From assembly GCA_965207695.1 (NCBI GenBank), contig CBDBNA010000010.1, positions 31,764 to 95,763 of the forward strand: a stretch of DNA of 64,000 bases, written 5' to 3'. Below are positions 11,616-20,932 of this stretch, one piece after another. The translations under genes and the position numbers were made by a program. The stretch's first letter is position 1. Each line of letters opens with the position of its first letter. Source of the DNA: Dehalococcoidia bacterium (GTDB lineage: Bacteria; Chloroflexota; Dehalococcoidia; Bin125). The notes beneath the pieces are model-generated. The model had not been told where the DNA came from. It worked only from the letters and a program-made list of their open reading frames with translations, and searched no databases.

Positions 11616-11659
11616 CGTCGCTCCGCGAACCGTTGCGGGATCAGCGTATCACCGGCTGG

Positions 11660-11960
11660 GCGCCGGTCCCCCTCACGCTCACCCTCTCCCCAGGGAGAGG
11701 GGATCGGACCTCACCCCCTGTCCCCCTCTCCATCCAGAAGGATGGAGAGGGGGAACGTGGAGGCGATCGTTGGGGATCCTTCCGGTCCCCCCTCTCCATT
11801 GCTCGGCAATGGAGAGGGGGTTAGGGGGTGAGGTTCGGGCGGTCGTTTGGGGGTGAGAGTTCGCGCGTGCCGGATCCCCCTCCCCCTCACCCTCACCCTC
11901 TCCCCCGCGGGGAGAGGGGATCGGAGGGAGAAGGAGAGGGGATTCCGAAGCCCCTCTGCG
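11660..11960. repeat. cluster of five REP-like hairpins sharing a CCCTCTCC/GGAGAGGG stem
   Basis: Hairpins at 11682-11701, 11722-11753 (14-bp perfect stem), 11788-11820 (15-bp stem), 11896-11918 and 11935-11957. Stems are conserved and loops differ. Flanked by CTCACCCTCACC-type tracts. Confidence 0.8.
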
Positions 11961-12048
11961 CGCCCGGCGGTAGCCACAGCGGCCCGATTCGGTTACTTGT
12001 GGCAGGCCCGACCCCATCCGGGGACACAGCCGAAAGGACGCAAGGATC

Positions 12049-12447
12049 ATGGGATACAAGATCACCACTGTGGACCACGTCGTGCTCGCCGTCAGCGACC
12101 TCGACGCCGCCATCGAGACGTGGCAGGACACGTACGGGCTGACGCTCAGCGACCGCCACGAGAGCCCCGGCGGCTTCGAGGCGGCGCTCTTCCCGATGGC
12201 GAACAGCCTGCTCGAACTGGTGCAGCCGATCGACGACAACCCGCGCAACCCCGTGCGCCTGCAGATCGATCGCAAGGGCGAGGGGCTGTTCATCCTCTCC
12301 CTGGGCGTCGACGACCTCGACGCCGCCGTGGCCGACCTGCGCGCCAAGGGCTGCGTCGTCACCGACCCCTCGGGCGACGAGCACCGCATCTCGTTCGTCA
12401 GCCCGAAGAACGCGCACGGCGCGCGCCTGCAACTGATCGAGCGCTAA
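12049..12447 (+). CDS. VOC/glyoxalase-fold protein (methylmalonyl-CoA epimerase-like)
   Basis: ATG 12049. VDHVVLAVSDLDAAIETW and LFILSLGVDDLDAAVADLRAKG are typical of the VOC fold. 132 aa. Confidence 0.8.
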   Translation: MGYKITTVDHVVLAVSDLDAAIETWQDTYGLTLSDRHESPGGFEAALFPMANSLLELVQPIDDNPRNPVRLQIDRKGEGLFILSLGVDDLDAAVADLRAKGCVVTDPSGDEHRISFVSPKNAHGARLQLIER

Positions 12448-12456
12448 AGGGCGGCT

Positions 12457-13899
12457 TCAGCCGGGCGACCCGTCGCGCAGCGATTCGAACGCGACCCGCA
12501 GCCGCGCGACGTCGGCGGCCGGGGGCTCCCGGCCCGCGTAGCGCTGCTCGTTGAAGCGCTCCGAGATCTCGCCCGGCAGCGGCGAGGCGTAAAGCCGTTC
12601 CAGCAGGGGCGCGAACTGGCGCGGCGTGCGCGCCGCCGGGCGCTTGGTCCCCCGGCGCTCCGCGTCGGCCAGCATCTCCAGGTAGAGCCCGCCGATGCCC
12701 GGCTCCGCCTCCGCGCTCCGCCGCGGGCGCAGGCGCCGGCCGAGCGTCCGCAGCCCCGACCAGAGGTCGCCGACCGGGTCCGCCTCCGACCAGAGCGACT
12801 CGCGCTCCTCGTCGGGCGCGCGCCGCCGCCGCCAGACCTGCCGGAAGAGCAGCGCCGCCAGGATCGTCACGCCCAGCACCAGGCCGATGCCGGCGAACAC
12901 CCGGAAGACCACCGCCCCGGCGCCGTTCCCGTCGCCCGTTTCCCGCTCGAAGTCGAACGCCCGCTGCCCTTCGGCCAGGCACTCCAGCTCGCCCAGCTCG
13001 TTGATGAAGCAGACCTCCTGCGGCGGGATCGGCGGCGCCCCCGAGCCGATCAACTGGCGCAGCGGCCAGAGCAGCGTCCACACGACCCACGCCACGCCCA
13101 TCGCGACGTTGCGCAGCAGCCAGCCGAGCGCGTCGGTCACGGGCTCCGCGGCGCCGCTGCCCGCCACGGCCGCGACGAGCAGCGTGACGACGAGCATGAA
13201 CACGACCGCCGCCACCAGCATCGCGCCGAGGGTCGAGGCGAACGTGAGGCCGACCGCGCCGAAGCTGCCCCCGGCGGTCAGCCGCTGGGCGTTGCGGAAC
13301 GCGACCGCCAGCAGGGCGACGGCCAGGAAGGCCATCGCGGCGATGCGCACGCGATCGAGGATCTGCGCCCCGTCGCCGATCAGGAAGCCGGCCGCGAAGA
13401 CGATCACGGCGACCGGCAGCAGCTGCGCCAGCGATCGCCCCGCCAGGTCGGAGGCGCCCAGGGCGACGCCCCGGAACCAGGCGAAGGCCAGCACGGCCAT
13501 CGCGAGCACGTGGTCGAGGCGCCGCGAGCCGCTCCAGGCGCCGCTCTCGGGGTCGCTGACGTCGGCGGCCCAGCCGAACGACCAGACCTGCCACGTCTCC
13601 GACAGGTCCACGCGTCCGACCACCTGCAGCGCCACGATCGATACGACGACGCCCAGCAGCCAGCGCCGTTCCGCGGGCAGGTCCGCCTCGCTCAGCCGGT
13701 GGGCGAACAGCGCGCCGGCCCCGAGCAGCACCAGCACCGCCGCCCCGGAGGGGACCTCACCGTGCGCCCCGACCGCCCGCGGGACGAAGCCCGCGACCAC
13801 GATGAGCAGCAGCCCTTCGAGTAGCACGACCGCCCCCGCCGCGACCGCGCCCCGCGCGTCGGCGTCCTCTCCCACCAGCCGGCGCAGCGCGGCGCTCAC
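12457..13899 (-). CDS. DUF4129-type polytopic membrane protein
   Basis: C-terminal 480 codons of track ORF 12457..15285. GTG 13899 overlaps the DUF58 stop (GTGA). Multiple TM helices, then a DUF4129-like tail (TPRQFAPLLERLY...ERFNEQRYAGREP). Confidence 0.7.
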   Translation of the reverse strand: MSAALRRLVGEDADARGAVAAGAVVLLEGLLLIVVAGFVPRAVGAHGEVPSGAAVLVLLGAGALFAHRLSEADLPAERRWLLGVVVSIVALQVVGRVDLSETWQVWSFGWAADVSDPESGAWSGSRRLDHVLAMAVLAFAWFRGVALGASDLAGRSLAQLLPVAVIVFAAGFLIGDGAQILDRVRIAAMAFLAVALLAVAFRNAQRLTAGGSFGAVGLTFASTLGAMLVAAVVFMLVVTLLVAAVAGSGAAEPVTDALGWLLRNVAMGVAWVVWTLLWPLRQLIGSGAPPIPPQEVCFINELGELECLAEGQRAFDFERETGDGNGAGAVVFRVFAGIGLVLGVTILAALLFRQVWRRRRAPDEERESLWSEADPVGDLWSGLRTLGRRLRPRRSAEAEPGIGGLYLEMLADAERRGTKRPAARTPRQFAPLLERLYASPLPGEISERFNEQRYAGREPPAADVARLRVAFESLRDGSPG

Positions 13900-15413
13900 G
13901 ACGGCGGCTCCTCGCGGCGCTGCCAGCGGCTGGTCCGCGCCCGCGGTCTCGCGCCCGCGGGACGGGACGCGGGGTCGGCGACGGCGGAGCGGCTGCCGAG
14001 GGACTCCCGGCGCTCCGGCATCCCCTCGGCGCCGTCGCCGGGCGGGCGGTCGAACAACTCGGGCGCGTCGGCCGGGATCCCGGGCGCGAAGGGCTGGTAG
14101 AAGCGGCGGCCCGTCAGCGCCGACCGCACGTCGTGAACCGGGACGCCCGCCGGCAGGCGCGGCGGATCGTCCGTCCCGGCCCAGACGACCGACACCGGCA
14201 GCCCGCGGTGCCGCAGGTCGGCCAGCGCCACGACGAGGGCCGGCGTCATGATCGCCGTGACGAGCGCCACGCTGCTGCCCTGCGGGACGCGGCGGCTCTC
14301 CTCCTGCAGCACCCGCTCGATCGGCGCCACGGCGTAGACGTCGACCATCGCCAGCGCCTCCAGGGCGCGGATCATCTGCGACTCCGCCCGGCCCATGGGC
14401 AGGCGGATCGTGCCGTCGCGGCCGGGGTAGGTGCAGTTGGCGACCAGGCCGAACGGGACACGCGCGTCGGCGTAGGCCGTCGCCAGCGACGCGCAGACCG
14501 CGACCGCGCGTTCGAACAGCTCGCCGTAGAAGCCCTGCCAGGCCTCCGGCATCGTCGCGACGTTGAGCGCCAGCAGCAGCGACGGCGAGCTGGCCGGGTC
14601 GAACGTCCGCGTCTGCAAGCGCTGCCGCCGGGCCGTGGCGCGCCAGTCGACCCGCCGCAGCGGGTCGCCGGTCTGGTAGTCGCGCAGGCCGCGCAGCCGT
14701 GCGGGGTCGTCGAAGAGCGGGTCGGCGCCGCGCTCCTCGCCCATCGGCCGCAGCGTCGGCAAGCCCAGCGGCTCCATCGGCAGGATCGGCGGGTAGACCC
14801 ACAGGCTCAGCGCCGTCGGCACGACGCGCTCCCGCGTGAAGAAGCCGAACAGGTCGCCCGCGCGCAGCGCCGTCCGCCCGAAGGCGAAGTAGCCGCGATG
14901 GTTCAGCGGGATCGTGTACTCCCAGGTCAGGCGTTCGTACCAGCGCAGGCCGGTCAGGCGGTCGAGGCGCCCCATCTTGGGCGTCCCGATGGGCTCCAGG
15001 TTGCGCCCGAGGGGGGGCAGCGCCTCGGGCACCTCGGTGCGCAGCGACAGCCAGGGCAGGGGCAGCAGCTTGCGGTTGGAGATGCGCATCCGGTAGCGGA
15101 TCGACTCGCCGACGAAGGCGTGGTCCTGCGACAACTCCTGCGCGACGTCGAGCCGGGTCAGCGCCAGCCGCCCCCACAGCCGCGCCAGCCAGCCCGCCAC
15201 GAAGACGCCCGAGCCCACCAGCGAGATGACGATCTCGCCCACCGCGATGCCGAGGATCACCGTCAGCAGCGAGAGCGCGATCCACGACTCGCGCAGCAGG
15301 CGGTTCTCGCTGGTGCGGACGAAGCGGCCGGGGTCGCTCGGGCGCGGGGGCTGTCGCCCGGCGGTCTCCTGGGGGAGCTCCGATCGCAGGCCCAGACCCC
15401 CGAAGGCCGCCAT
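13896..15413 (-). CDS. DUF58 (vWA-like) protein
   Basis: RRVDWRATARRQRLQTRTFDP signature region. ATG 15413 abuts the MoxR stop. Confidence 0.8.
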   Translation of the reverse strand: MAAFGGLGLRSELPQETAGRQPPRPSDPGRFVRTSENRLLRESWIALSLLTVILGIAVGEIVISLVGSGVFVAGWLARLWGRLALTRLDVAQELSQDHAFVGESIRYRMRISNRKLLPLPWLSLRTEVPEALPPLGRNLEPIGTPKMGRLDRLTGLRWYERLTWEYTIPLNHRGYFAFGRTALRAGDLFGFFTRERVVPTALSLWVYPPILPMEPLGLPTLRPMGEERGADPLFDDPARLRGLRDYQTGDPLRRVDWRATARRQRLQTRTFDPASSPSLLLALNVATMPEAWQGFYGELFERAVAVCASLATAYADARVPFGLVANCTYPGRDGTIRLPMGRAESQMIRALEALAMVDVYAVAPIERVLQEESRRVPQGSSVALVTAIMTPALVVALADLRHRGLPVSVVWAGTDDPPRLPAGVPVHDVRSALTGRRFYQPFAPGIPADAPELFDRPPGDGAEGMPERRESLGSRSAVADPASRPAGARPRARTSRWQRREEPPS

Positions 15414-16463
15414 TCAGCGCTCCACGGGCACGGGCACGCCGCGGATGATCGCCTCCAGCACGTCGGCGCTCGTGCGCGAGCGCAGGCGGCTCTGCGCGCC
15501 CAGCAGCAGCCGGTGCGGCAGCACGACGCGCGCCATCTCCTGCACGTCGTCGGGCAGGACGTAGCCGCGGCCGCGGATGGCGGCCAGCGCGCGGCTGGCG
15601 CGCAGCAGCCCCAGCGACGCGCGCGGGCTGGCGCCCAGCTCGAACGAGTCCTCCTCGCGCGTCGCCCGCACCAGGTCGACGATGTAGCCGCGCACCCGCT
15701 CGTGCACCTGCACCTGCTCGACCGCGCGGCTCAGGTCGCGCAGCGCGCCCGCCTCGACGACGGGCTCCAGCGCGTCGAGCGGCTGCGCCCGCTCGAAGCG
15801 GGCCAGGATGTCGTCCTCCTCCTCGGCGCTGGGATAGCCGATGCGCAGGCGCAGCATGAAGCGGTCGAGTTGCGCCTCCGGCAGCGGGAACGTGCCCTCG
15901 AGCTCGACCGGGTTCTGCGTCGCGATGACCAGGAAGGGGCGCTCCATGTGCCGTGTCTCGCCGTCGACGGTCAGCTGCCGCTCCTCCATCGCCTCCAGCA
16001 GCGCCGACTGCGTGCGCGGGCTGGCGCGGTTGATCTCGTCGGCCAGCACCAACTGGGCGAGCAGCGGTCCCGGGCGGAACTCGAATGCCCCCGTCGCCTG
16101 GTTGTAGATGTTGCTGCCGGTCACGTCGGCGGGCGTCAGGTCGGGCGTGAACTGGATGCGGCGGAAGCCCAGCCCCAGCGAGCGCGCGAACGACTTGGCC
16201 AGCACGGTCTTGCCCAGCCCCGGTACGTCGTCGAGGAGGATGTGCCCCTCCGACAGCAGCGCCACGATCGTGTGCTCCACGACCGCGTCCTTGCCGACGA
16301 TGACGCGCGCCACGTTCTCGCGGATGCGCGCCGCGGCCGCGGCCACCGCGGCCAACTCGGGCGCGGCGGCCGTCTCACCGCCGGCGGCGGTCGCGCCGTC
16401 GCTCTGCGCCGATGCCGCCGCGCTCGCGGCCGGCGCCTCCCATCGGGATCCCGCCTCCGCCAT
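15414..16463 (-). CDS. MoxR-family AAA+ ATPase
   Basis: Walker A DVPGLGKTVLAK, Walker B VLADEINRA, FLVIATQNP. Trimmed to ATG 16463 after GGGGAGG because the upstream 83 codons run over the divergent SDR start. Confidence 0.9.
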   Translation of the reverse strand: MAEAGSRWEAPAASAAASAQSDGATAAGGETAAAPELAAVAAAAARIRENVARVIVGKDAVVEHTIVALLSEGHILLDDVPGLGKTVLAKSFARSLGLGFRRIQFTPDLTPADVTGSNIYNQATGAFEFRPGPLLAQLVLADEINRASPRTQSALLEAMEERQLTVDGETRHMERPFLVIATQNPVELEGTFPLPEAQLDRFMLRLRIGYPSAEEEDDILARFERAQPLDALEPVVEAGALRDLSRAVEQVQVHERVRGYIVDLVRATREEDSFELGASPRASLGLLRASRALAAIRGRGYVLPDDVQEMARVVLPHRLLLGAQSRLRSRTSADVLEAIIRGVPVPVER

Positions 16464-16602
16464 GCGGCCTCCCCTCGCTCGGCCCGCCGCCTCCGAGAGG
16501 TCGGCGCGCCGCGTCAGGTTACCAGCCTCGCGACGCCACACCTGCCCCAGCGTGTTCCCGACCCCGGACGATGGCGCTACCCTGCCGCGACGGAGGTGCG
16601 AC

Positions 16603-17343
16603 ATGGCCGGACGGCTCGACGGGAAGGTGGCGTTGATCACGGGGGGCGCGCGCGGGCAGGGCGCGGCCGAGGCGGCGCTGTTCGCCGAGGAGGGCGCGGC
16701 GGTCGTCATCACCGACGTACTCGACGCGGAGGGCCGGGCGACGGCCGCCTCGATCGACGGCTGCCGCTACCTGCATCAGGACGTGCGCGACGAGGATCGC
16801 TGGGCGGAAGTCGTGGCCGACGTGGTGGCGCAGGAAGGCAGCCTGACGGTGCTGATCAACAACGCCGGCATCTTCCCCGTCCAGTCGCTGATGGAGACGA
16901 GCCTGGAGGACTACCGCCGCGTGATCGACATCAACCAGGTCGGCGTGTACCTGGGCATGCGGGCGGTCGTGCCGGCCATGCGCGACGCCGGCGGCGGCTC
17001 GATCATCAACATCTCGTCGATCGCCGGCATGACCGCGACGCCGACCGCGTTCGGCTACGGCGCGAGCAAGTGGGCCGTCCGCGGCATGACGAAGTCCGCC
17101 GCGCACGACCTGGGGCCGGACAACATCCGCGTCAACTCCATCCACCCCGGCATCATCGAGACGCCCATGATCCACAACTTCGCGCAGTACGACGCGGACC
17201 CACAGTCGATCATCCGTACCATCCCGCTGGGGCGGGCGGGCGAGCCGGAGGACGTCGCGCGGCTGGCGCTCTTCCTCGCCTCCGACGAGAGCAGCTACGT
17301 CTCCGCCGGCGAATACATAATCGACGGCGCGTTCATGCGCTAG
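16603..17343 (+). CDS. SDR family oxidoreductase (hydroxysteroid dehydrogenase-like)
   Basis: ATG 16603 after GGAGG. TGGARGQG Rossmann motif, Y-x3-K (YGASKWA), IHPGIIETPM. Confidence 0.9.
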   Translation: MAGRLDGKVALITGGARGQGAAEAALFAEEGAAVVITDVLDAEGRATAASIDGCRYLHQDVRDEDRWAEVVADVVAQEGSLTVLINNAGIFPVQSLMETSLEDYRRVIDINQVGVYLGMRAVVPAMRDAGGGSIINISSIAGMTATPTAFGYGASKWAVRGMTKSAAHDLGPDNIRVNSIHPGIIETPMIHNFAQYDADPQSIIRTIPLGRAGEPEDVARLALFLASDESSYVSAGEYIIDGAFMR

Positions 17344-17352
17344 CCGCGTCGC

Positions 17353-18297
17353 TCAGACGCCGGCGACCTGCGGCGCGACCTCCTCCGCCAGCCAGGTGGG
17401 GATGTCGTCCTCGTCGTAGAGGAAGTGCTCCATCTGCACCTCGCGCAGGCCCCGTTCGCCCAGCGCGCCCAGCCACTGCACGAACTCGTCGGTCCCGCCG
17501 ACGAAGCGGCCCTCGGCGGCCGCCTGTTCGCGGTAGGCGGCCGGGTCGCCGTCGACGCCGTTCAGTTCCATGACCCGCCTCGTGACGCGGTCCTGCACGG
17601 CCGCGGACGGCCCCGTGATGGCGAACATCATCATCGAGGGCCGGATCGTCGCCGGGTCGCGGCCCACGGTCTCGCAGTGCCGCGCCAGCACCGACCGCTT
17701 GCGCCCGAACTCCTCCGGCGACAGGCCGACGCTGTTCCACTCGACGGCGTGCTCGGCCACCATGCGCAGGATGCGGCGCTCGCCCATCCCGCCGATCAGG
17801 ATGGGCGGCGCGGGGTCGGGCTTGGGCAGGCAGTCGGCCTCGCGCACCTGGTAGTAGCGGCCGGCGTAGGTCGTGGGACCGGGCTGCCACAGCGCCCGGA
17901 TCAGCTCCAGCGACTCCTGCAGCCGGTCCATGCGCTCGCGCAGCGGCGGGAAGGGGATGCCGTAGGCGACGTGCTCGGGCTCGTGCCAGCCCGCGCCCAG
18001 CCCCATCACGAAGCGGCCGCCGCTGAGCAGCGAGATCTGCCCCGCCATGCGCGCTACGTCGACCGGCGTCCGGAACGTCATCGGCGTGACCAGCGGCCCG
18101 AAGCGCAGCGACGTCGTCTCCTGCGCGGCCATCACGAACGAGAGATAGGCCTCCAGCGAGTCGTGGGGCGCCCGGATCATGTAGTGGTCCGAGCGGAAGA
18201 CGCTGGGGAATTGCAGCCGCTCGGCCAGTTGCAGGATGTGCCGCCAGCGCTCCCAGGTCAGCCCGAACTGCCCCTCGACCATCAGACCGATGTCCAT
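17353..18297 (-). CDS. LLM-class F420/flavin-dependent oxidoreductase
   Basis: Track ORF 17353..18639 trimmed to ATG 18297 (MDIGLMVEGQFG...). GRFVMGLGAGW luciferase-like pattern. Confidence 0.85.
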   Translation of the reverse strand: MDIGLMVEGQFGLTWERWRHILQLAERLQFPSVFRSDHYMIRAPHDSLEAYLSFVMAAQETTSLRFGPLVTPMTFRTPVDVARMAGQISLLSGGRFVMGLGAGWHEPEHVAYGIPFPPLRERMDRLQESLELIRALWQPGPTTYAGRYYQVREADCLPKPDPAPPILIGGMGERRILRMVAEHAVEWNSVGLSPEEFGRKRSVLARHCETVGRDPATIRPSMMMFAITGPSAAVQDRVTRRVMELNGVDGDPAAYREQAAAEGRFVGGTDEFVQWLGALGERGLREVQMEHFLYDEDDIPTWLAEEVAPQVAGV

Positions 18298-18442
18298 CGC
18301 GAAGCCCGCCTCTCCCGCGCCCAACGGCGGCGCTCGCCCAATCCTCGACGACCGCTCGGCCGGTCGCAAGGCCGGGCCGCGGGGCCGCGCTGGAGAGATC
18401 GGCGGCCGTGGAGTAGCCTGCGGGCGGAAGCGGGAGGATCCC

Positions 18443-19663
18443 ATGACGACCGTCGAAGCCCCCACACCCATCGCCGACCCCAACGCCTGGCGCAGCGAGA
18501 CGCCCGGCACGGCCGATTGGCCGCGCACCGCCCGCGCGGGCGACCCCAACAAGTACTTCCTCCTCTCGACCGACTCGCACGCGCAGGAGCCGCTCGACCT
18601 CTGGGCGTCCCGCATCGAGCCGCAATACCGCGACCGCATCCCGCGGCAGATCGTCGATGAGGACGGCGTGCGCTGGCAGGTCGCCGAGGGCTACCGGCCC
18701 GTCAAGGTGCGCGACCTCCACCTGGAGGGCGAGGACCAACTCCGCACCGACGCCGGCTACGCGATCCCCGACCGCATCCGCGACCTCGACGAGGACGGCG
18801 TGGACGTGGAGTTGATCTTCCCCAACCGCGGCCTCGCCATGTACGCCACGCCCGACCCGCTGCTGGTGCAGGCGCAGTGCCGCATCTGGAACGATTATGC
18901 GTACGAGACCTTCTCGGGCTACCGCGACCGCATGGTCCCCGTGGCGGCGATCAGCCCGGCCGACATGGCGGGATCGCTGAAGGAGATCGAGCGCGCCGTC
19001 GATCGGGGCTTCCGCTGCGTCACGATGCCCAACCGCCCCATCTGGGGGGCGGGCGACGGATCGGAGTCGAACTACAACCTCAAGGAGTACGAGCCGCTCT
19101 GGGACGCGCTGCAGGACGCGGATCTGCCCGTCGCGATCCATATCTCCACCGGCAAGGACCCGCGCGGCGCGCGCGGGCGCGGCGGGGCCGTGATCAACTA
19201 CGCCGTGCACGCCCTGGGGCAGTCGCTGGAGCCGGTGGTGAACATCTGCGCCTCGGGCGTGCTGGAGAAGTACCCCCGCCTGCGCTTCGCGACGATCGAG
19301 GCCGGCATCGGCTGGATCGCCTGGGCCTGCACGGCCATGGACGAGGCCTACTTCAAGCACCACATGTACGCCTTCCCACGCATGGAAAGCCTCCCGAGCG
19401 AGCACTTCAAGCGCAGCTTCTTCGCCAGCTTCGGCGAGGACCCGCCCGGGCTGGCGCTGGGCCGGGAGTTCGGGCTGATGCAGACCTACATGTGGGCCAA
19501 CGACTACCCCCACGCCGAGGGCACTTGGCCGCACTCGGCGGAGGCGATCGAGCGCACCATGGGCCACCTCAGCGATGAGGAGCGCGCTCAGGTGCTGGGG
19601 CTCAACGCGCTGCGCTTCCTGGGCCTGGAGATCGGGCCCGACCGCCGCATCGTCTGCGGCTGA
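18443..19663 (+). CDS. amidohydrolase-2 family metal-dependent hydrolase/decarboxylase
   Basis: ATG 18443 after GGGAGG. LSTDSHAQEP, VAIHISTG and WANDYPHAEG metal-ligand-like motifs. Confidence 0.8.
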   Translation: MTTVEAPTPIADPNAWRSETPGTADWPRTARAGDPNKYFLLSTDSHAQEPLDLWASRIEPQYRDRIPRQIVDEDGVRWQVAEGYRPVKVRDLHLEGEDQLRTDAGYAIPDRIRDLDEDGVDVELIFPNRGLAMYATPDPLLVQAQCRIWNDYAYETFSGYRDRMVPVAAISPADMAGSLKEIERAVDRGFRCVTMPNRPIWGAGDGSESNYNLKEYEPLWDALQDADLPVAIHISTGKDPRGARGRGGAVINYAVHALGQSLEPVVNICASGVLEKYPRLRFATIEAGIGWIAWACTAMDEAYFKHHMYAFPRMESLPSEHFKRSFFASFGEDPPGLALGREFGLMQTYMWANDYPHAEGTWPHSAEAIERTMGHLSDEERAQVLGLNALRFLGLEIGPDRRIVCG

Positions 19664-19688
19664 GCCGCGGGCGGCGGCGCCGCCCCGA

Positions 19689-20795
19689 TCAGGTGCCGCT
19701 GGCCGGCGCCTCTCCCTCGATCCCGTCGATCCCCTCGGCGTCGCCGCCGGTCTCGCGCGGGCGGCTGTTGATGTACTCCACCAGCCCCGTCGCCACCGCC
19801 ACGATCGGCACGGCGATCGCCGCGCCGAGCACGCCCCAGACGATGGCCCCGGTCGTGACGGAGAGGATGATCACCATCGGGTGCAACTGCACCTGCCGTC
19901 CGACTAGCACCGGCGCGACCACGTTGCCCTCGAACTGCTGCACCGCCAGCACCGCCACGCCGACGAAGACCGCGCTGGTGAAGCCCTCCGAGACCAGCGC
20001 CACCAGGATCGCGACGATGCCCGCCGCCACCGCCCCCACGATGGGGATGAACGAGGCGAAGAAGGTGAGCACCGCCAGGGGCAGCACCAGCGGCACGCCG
20101 ATGATCAGCAGGGCGATGCCGATGAACGTGGCGTCGCAGAAGGCGACCGTCGCGGTGCCGCGGAAGTAGTGGCCCAGGATCGACCAGGCGTGCCCGCCGA
20201 CCAGGCGCACGTCGGTGCGGCGCCGCTCGGGGATGAGCCGCAGCGTCCACTCCCACATGCGGCGGCCGTCCTTGAGCGCGAAGAACAGCACGACGAGCGC
20301 CAGGATCGCCCCGGCGGCCAGTTCGATCGCCACCGACGCGCCGCTGAACACCCCGCCGAGGATGGTGTTGGTGTTGTTGCGCAGGTTGTCGAGCAGGTTG
20401 TCGATCGTGTTGTCGACGTCCTCGCGGGGGATGTCGAGCCGATCGACCACGAAGTCGCCGACCTCCTGGACGCCGCGCTCGAAGTTGATGTCCAGGCGGT
20501 CGAAGTCGGCGATCACCGTGCCGACGAGCGCGGCCGTGAGCCCCGCGATCACGGACAGGCCCAGCACGACCGCCACCAGCGCCGCGATCCAGCGGGGGAT
20601 GTGCCGCGAGTGGAGCCAATCGACCAGGGGGTTGAGTTGCGTCGCGACCAGGAGCCCCACGAAGAACGGGATCACGATGATGCGCAGTTGCGCCACGACG
20701 TAGGCGATGACGACGATCGCCGCGCCCACCAACAGCAACCGCCAAGCGATCGCCGCGGCGAGGCGCAGGGGTTCCGGGACGCTGCCCTCGGCCAT
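19689..20795 (-). CDS. AI-2E family (PerM/UPF0118) transporter
   Basis: 368 aa, about 8 hydrophobic helices. Sequence pattern typical of AI-2E transporters. ATG 20795. Confidence 0.85.
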   Translation of the reverse strand: MAEGSVPEPLRLAAAIAWRLLLVGAAIVVIAYVVAQLRIIVIPFFVGLLVATQLNPLVDWLHSRHIPRWIAALVAVVLGLSVIAGLTAALVGTVIADFDRLDINFERGVQEVGDFVVDRLDIPREDVDNTIDNLLDNLRNNTNTILGGVFSGASVAIELAAGAILALVVLFFALKDGRRMWEWTLRLIPERRRTDVRLVGGHAWSILGHYFRGTATVAFCDATFIGIALLIIGVPLVLPLAVLTFFASFIPIVGAVAAGIVAILVALVSEGFTSAVFVGVAVLAVQQFEGNVVAPVLVGRQVQLHPMVIILSVTTGAIVWGVLGAAIAVPIVAVATGLVEYINSRPRETGGDAEGIDGIEGEAPASGT

Positions 20796-20932
20796 GCCGC
20801 ACTCCCGCCCGTTGAACGCGGCGCTCAGTATCGCCCCCGGCCGTGCGCCTGTCGATTGCCGCGCGGGCGACTTCCGCCCCGCCGCCGCCGCCCCGATACT
20901 GGGGCGGCGACGCGGAGGGGGGCCGGATCGCC

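Noticed and set aside
14133-17573. 1146-aa plus-strand ORF, and the 953-aa ORFs at 32840..35701 and 44903..47764
   Set aside because: Antisense to MoxR/DUF58, serS/NUDIX and leuS respectively. The translations are Arg/Gly/Pro/Asp-rich low-complexity strings with no motifs.
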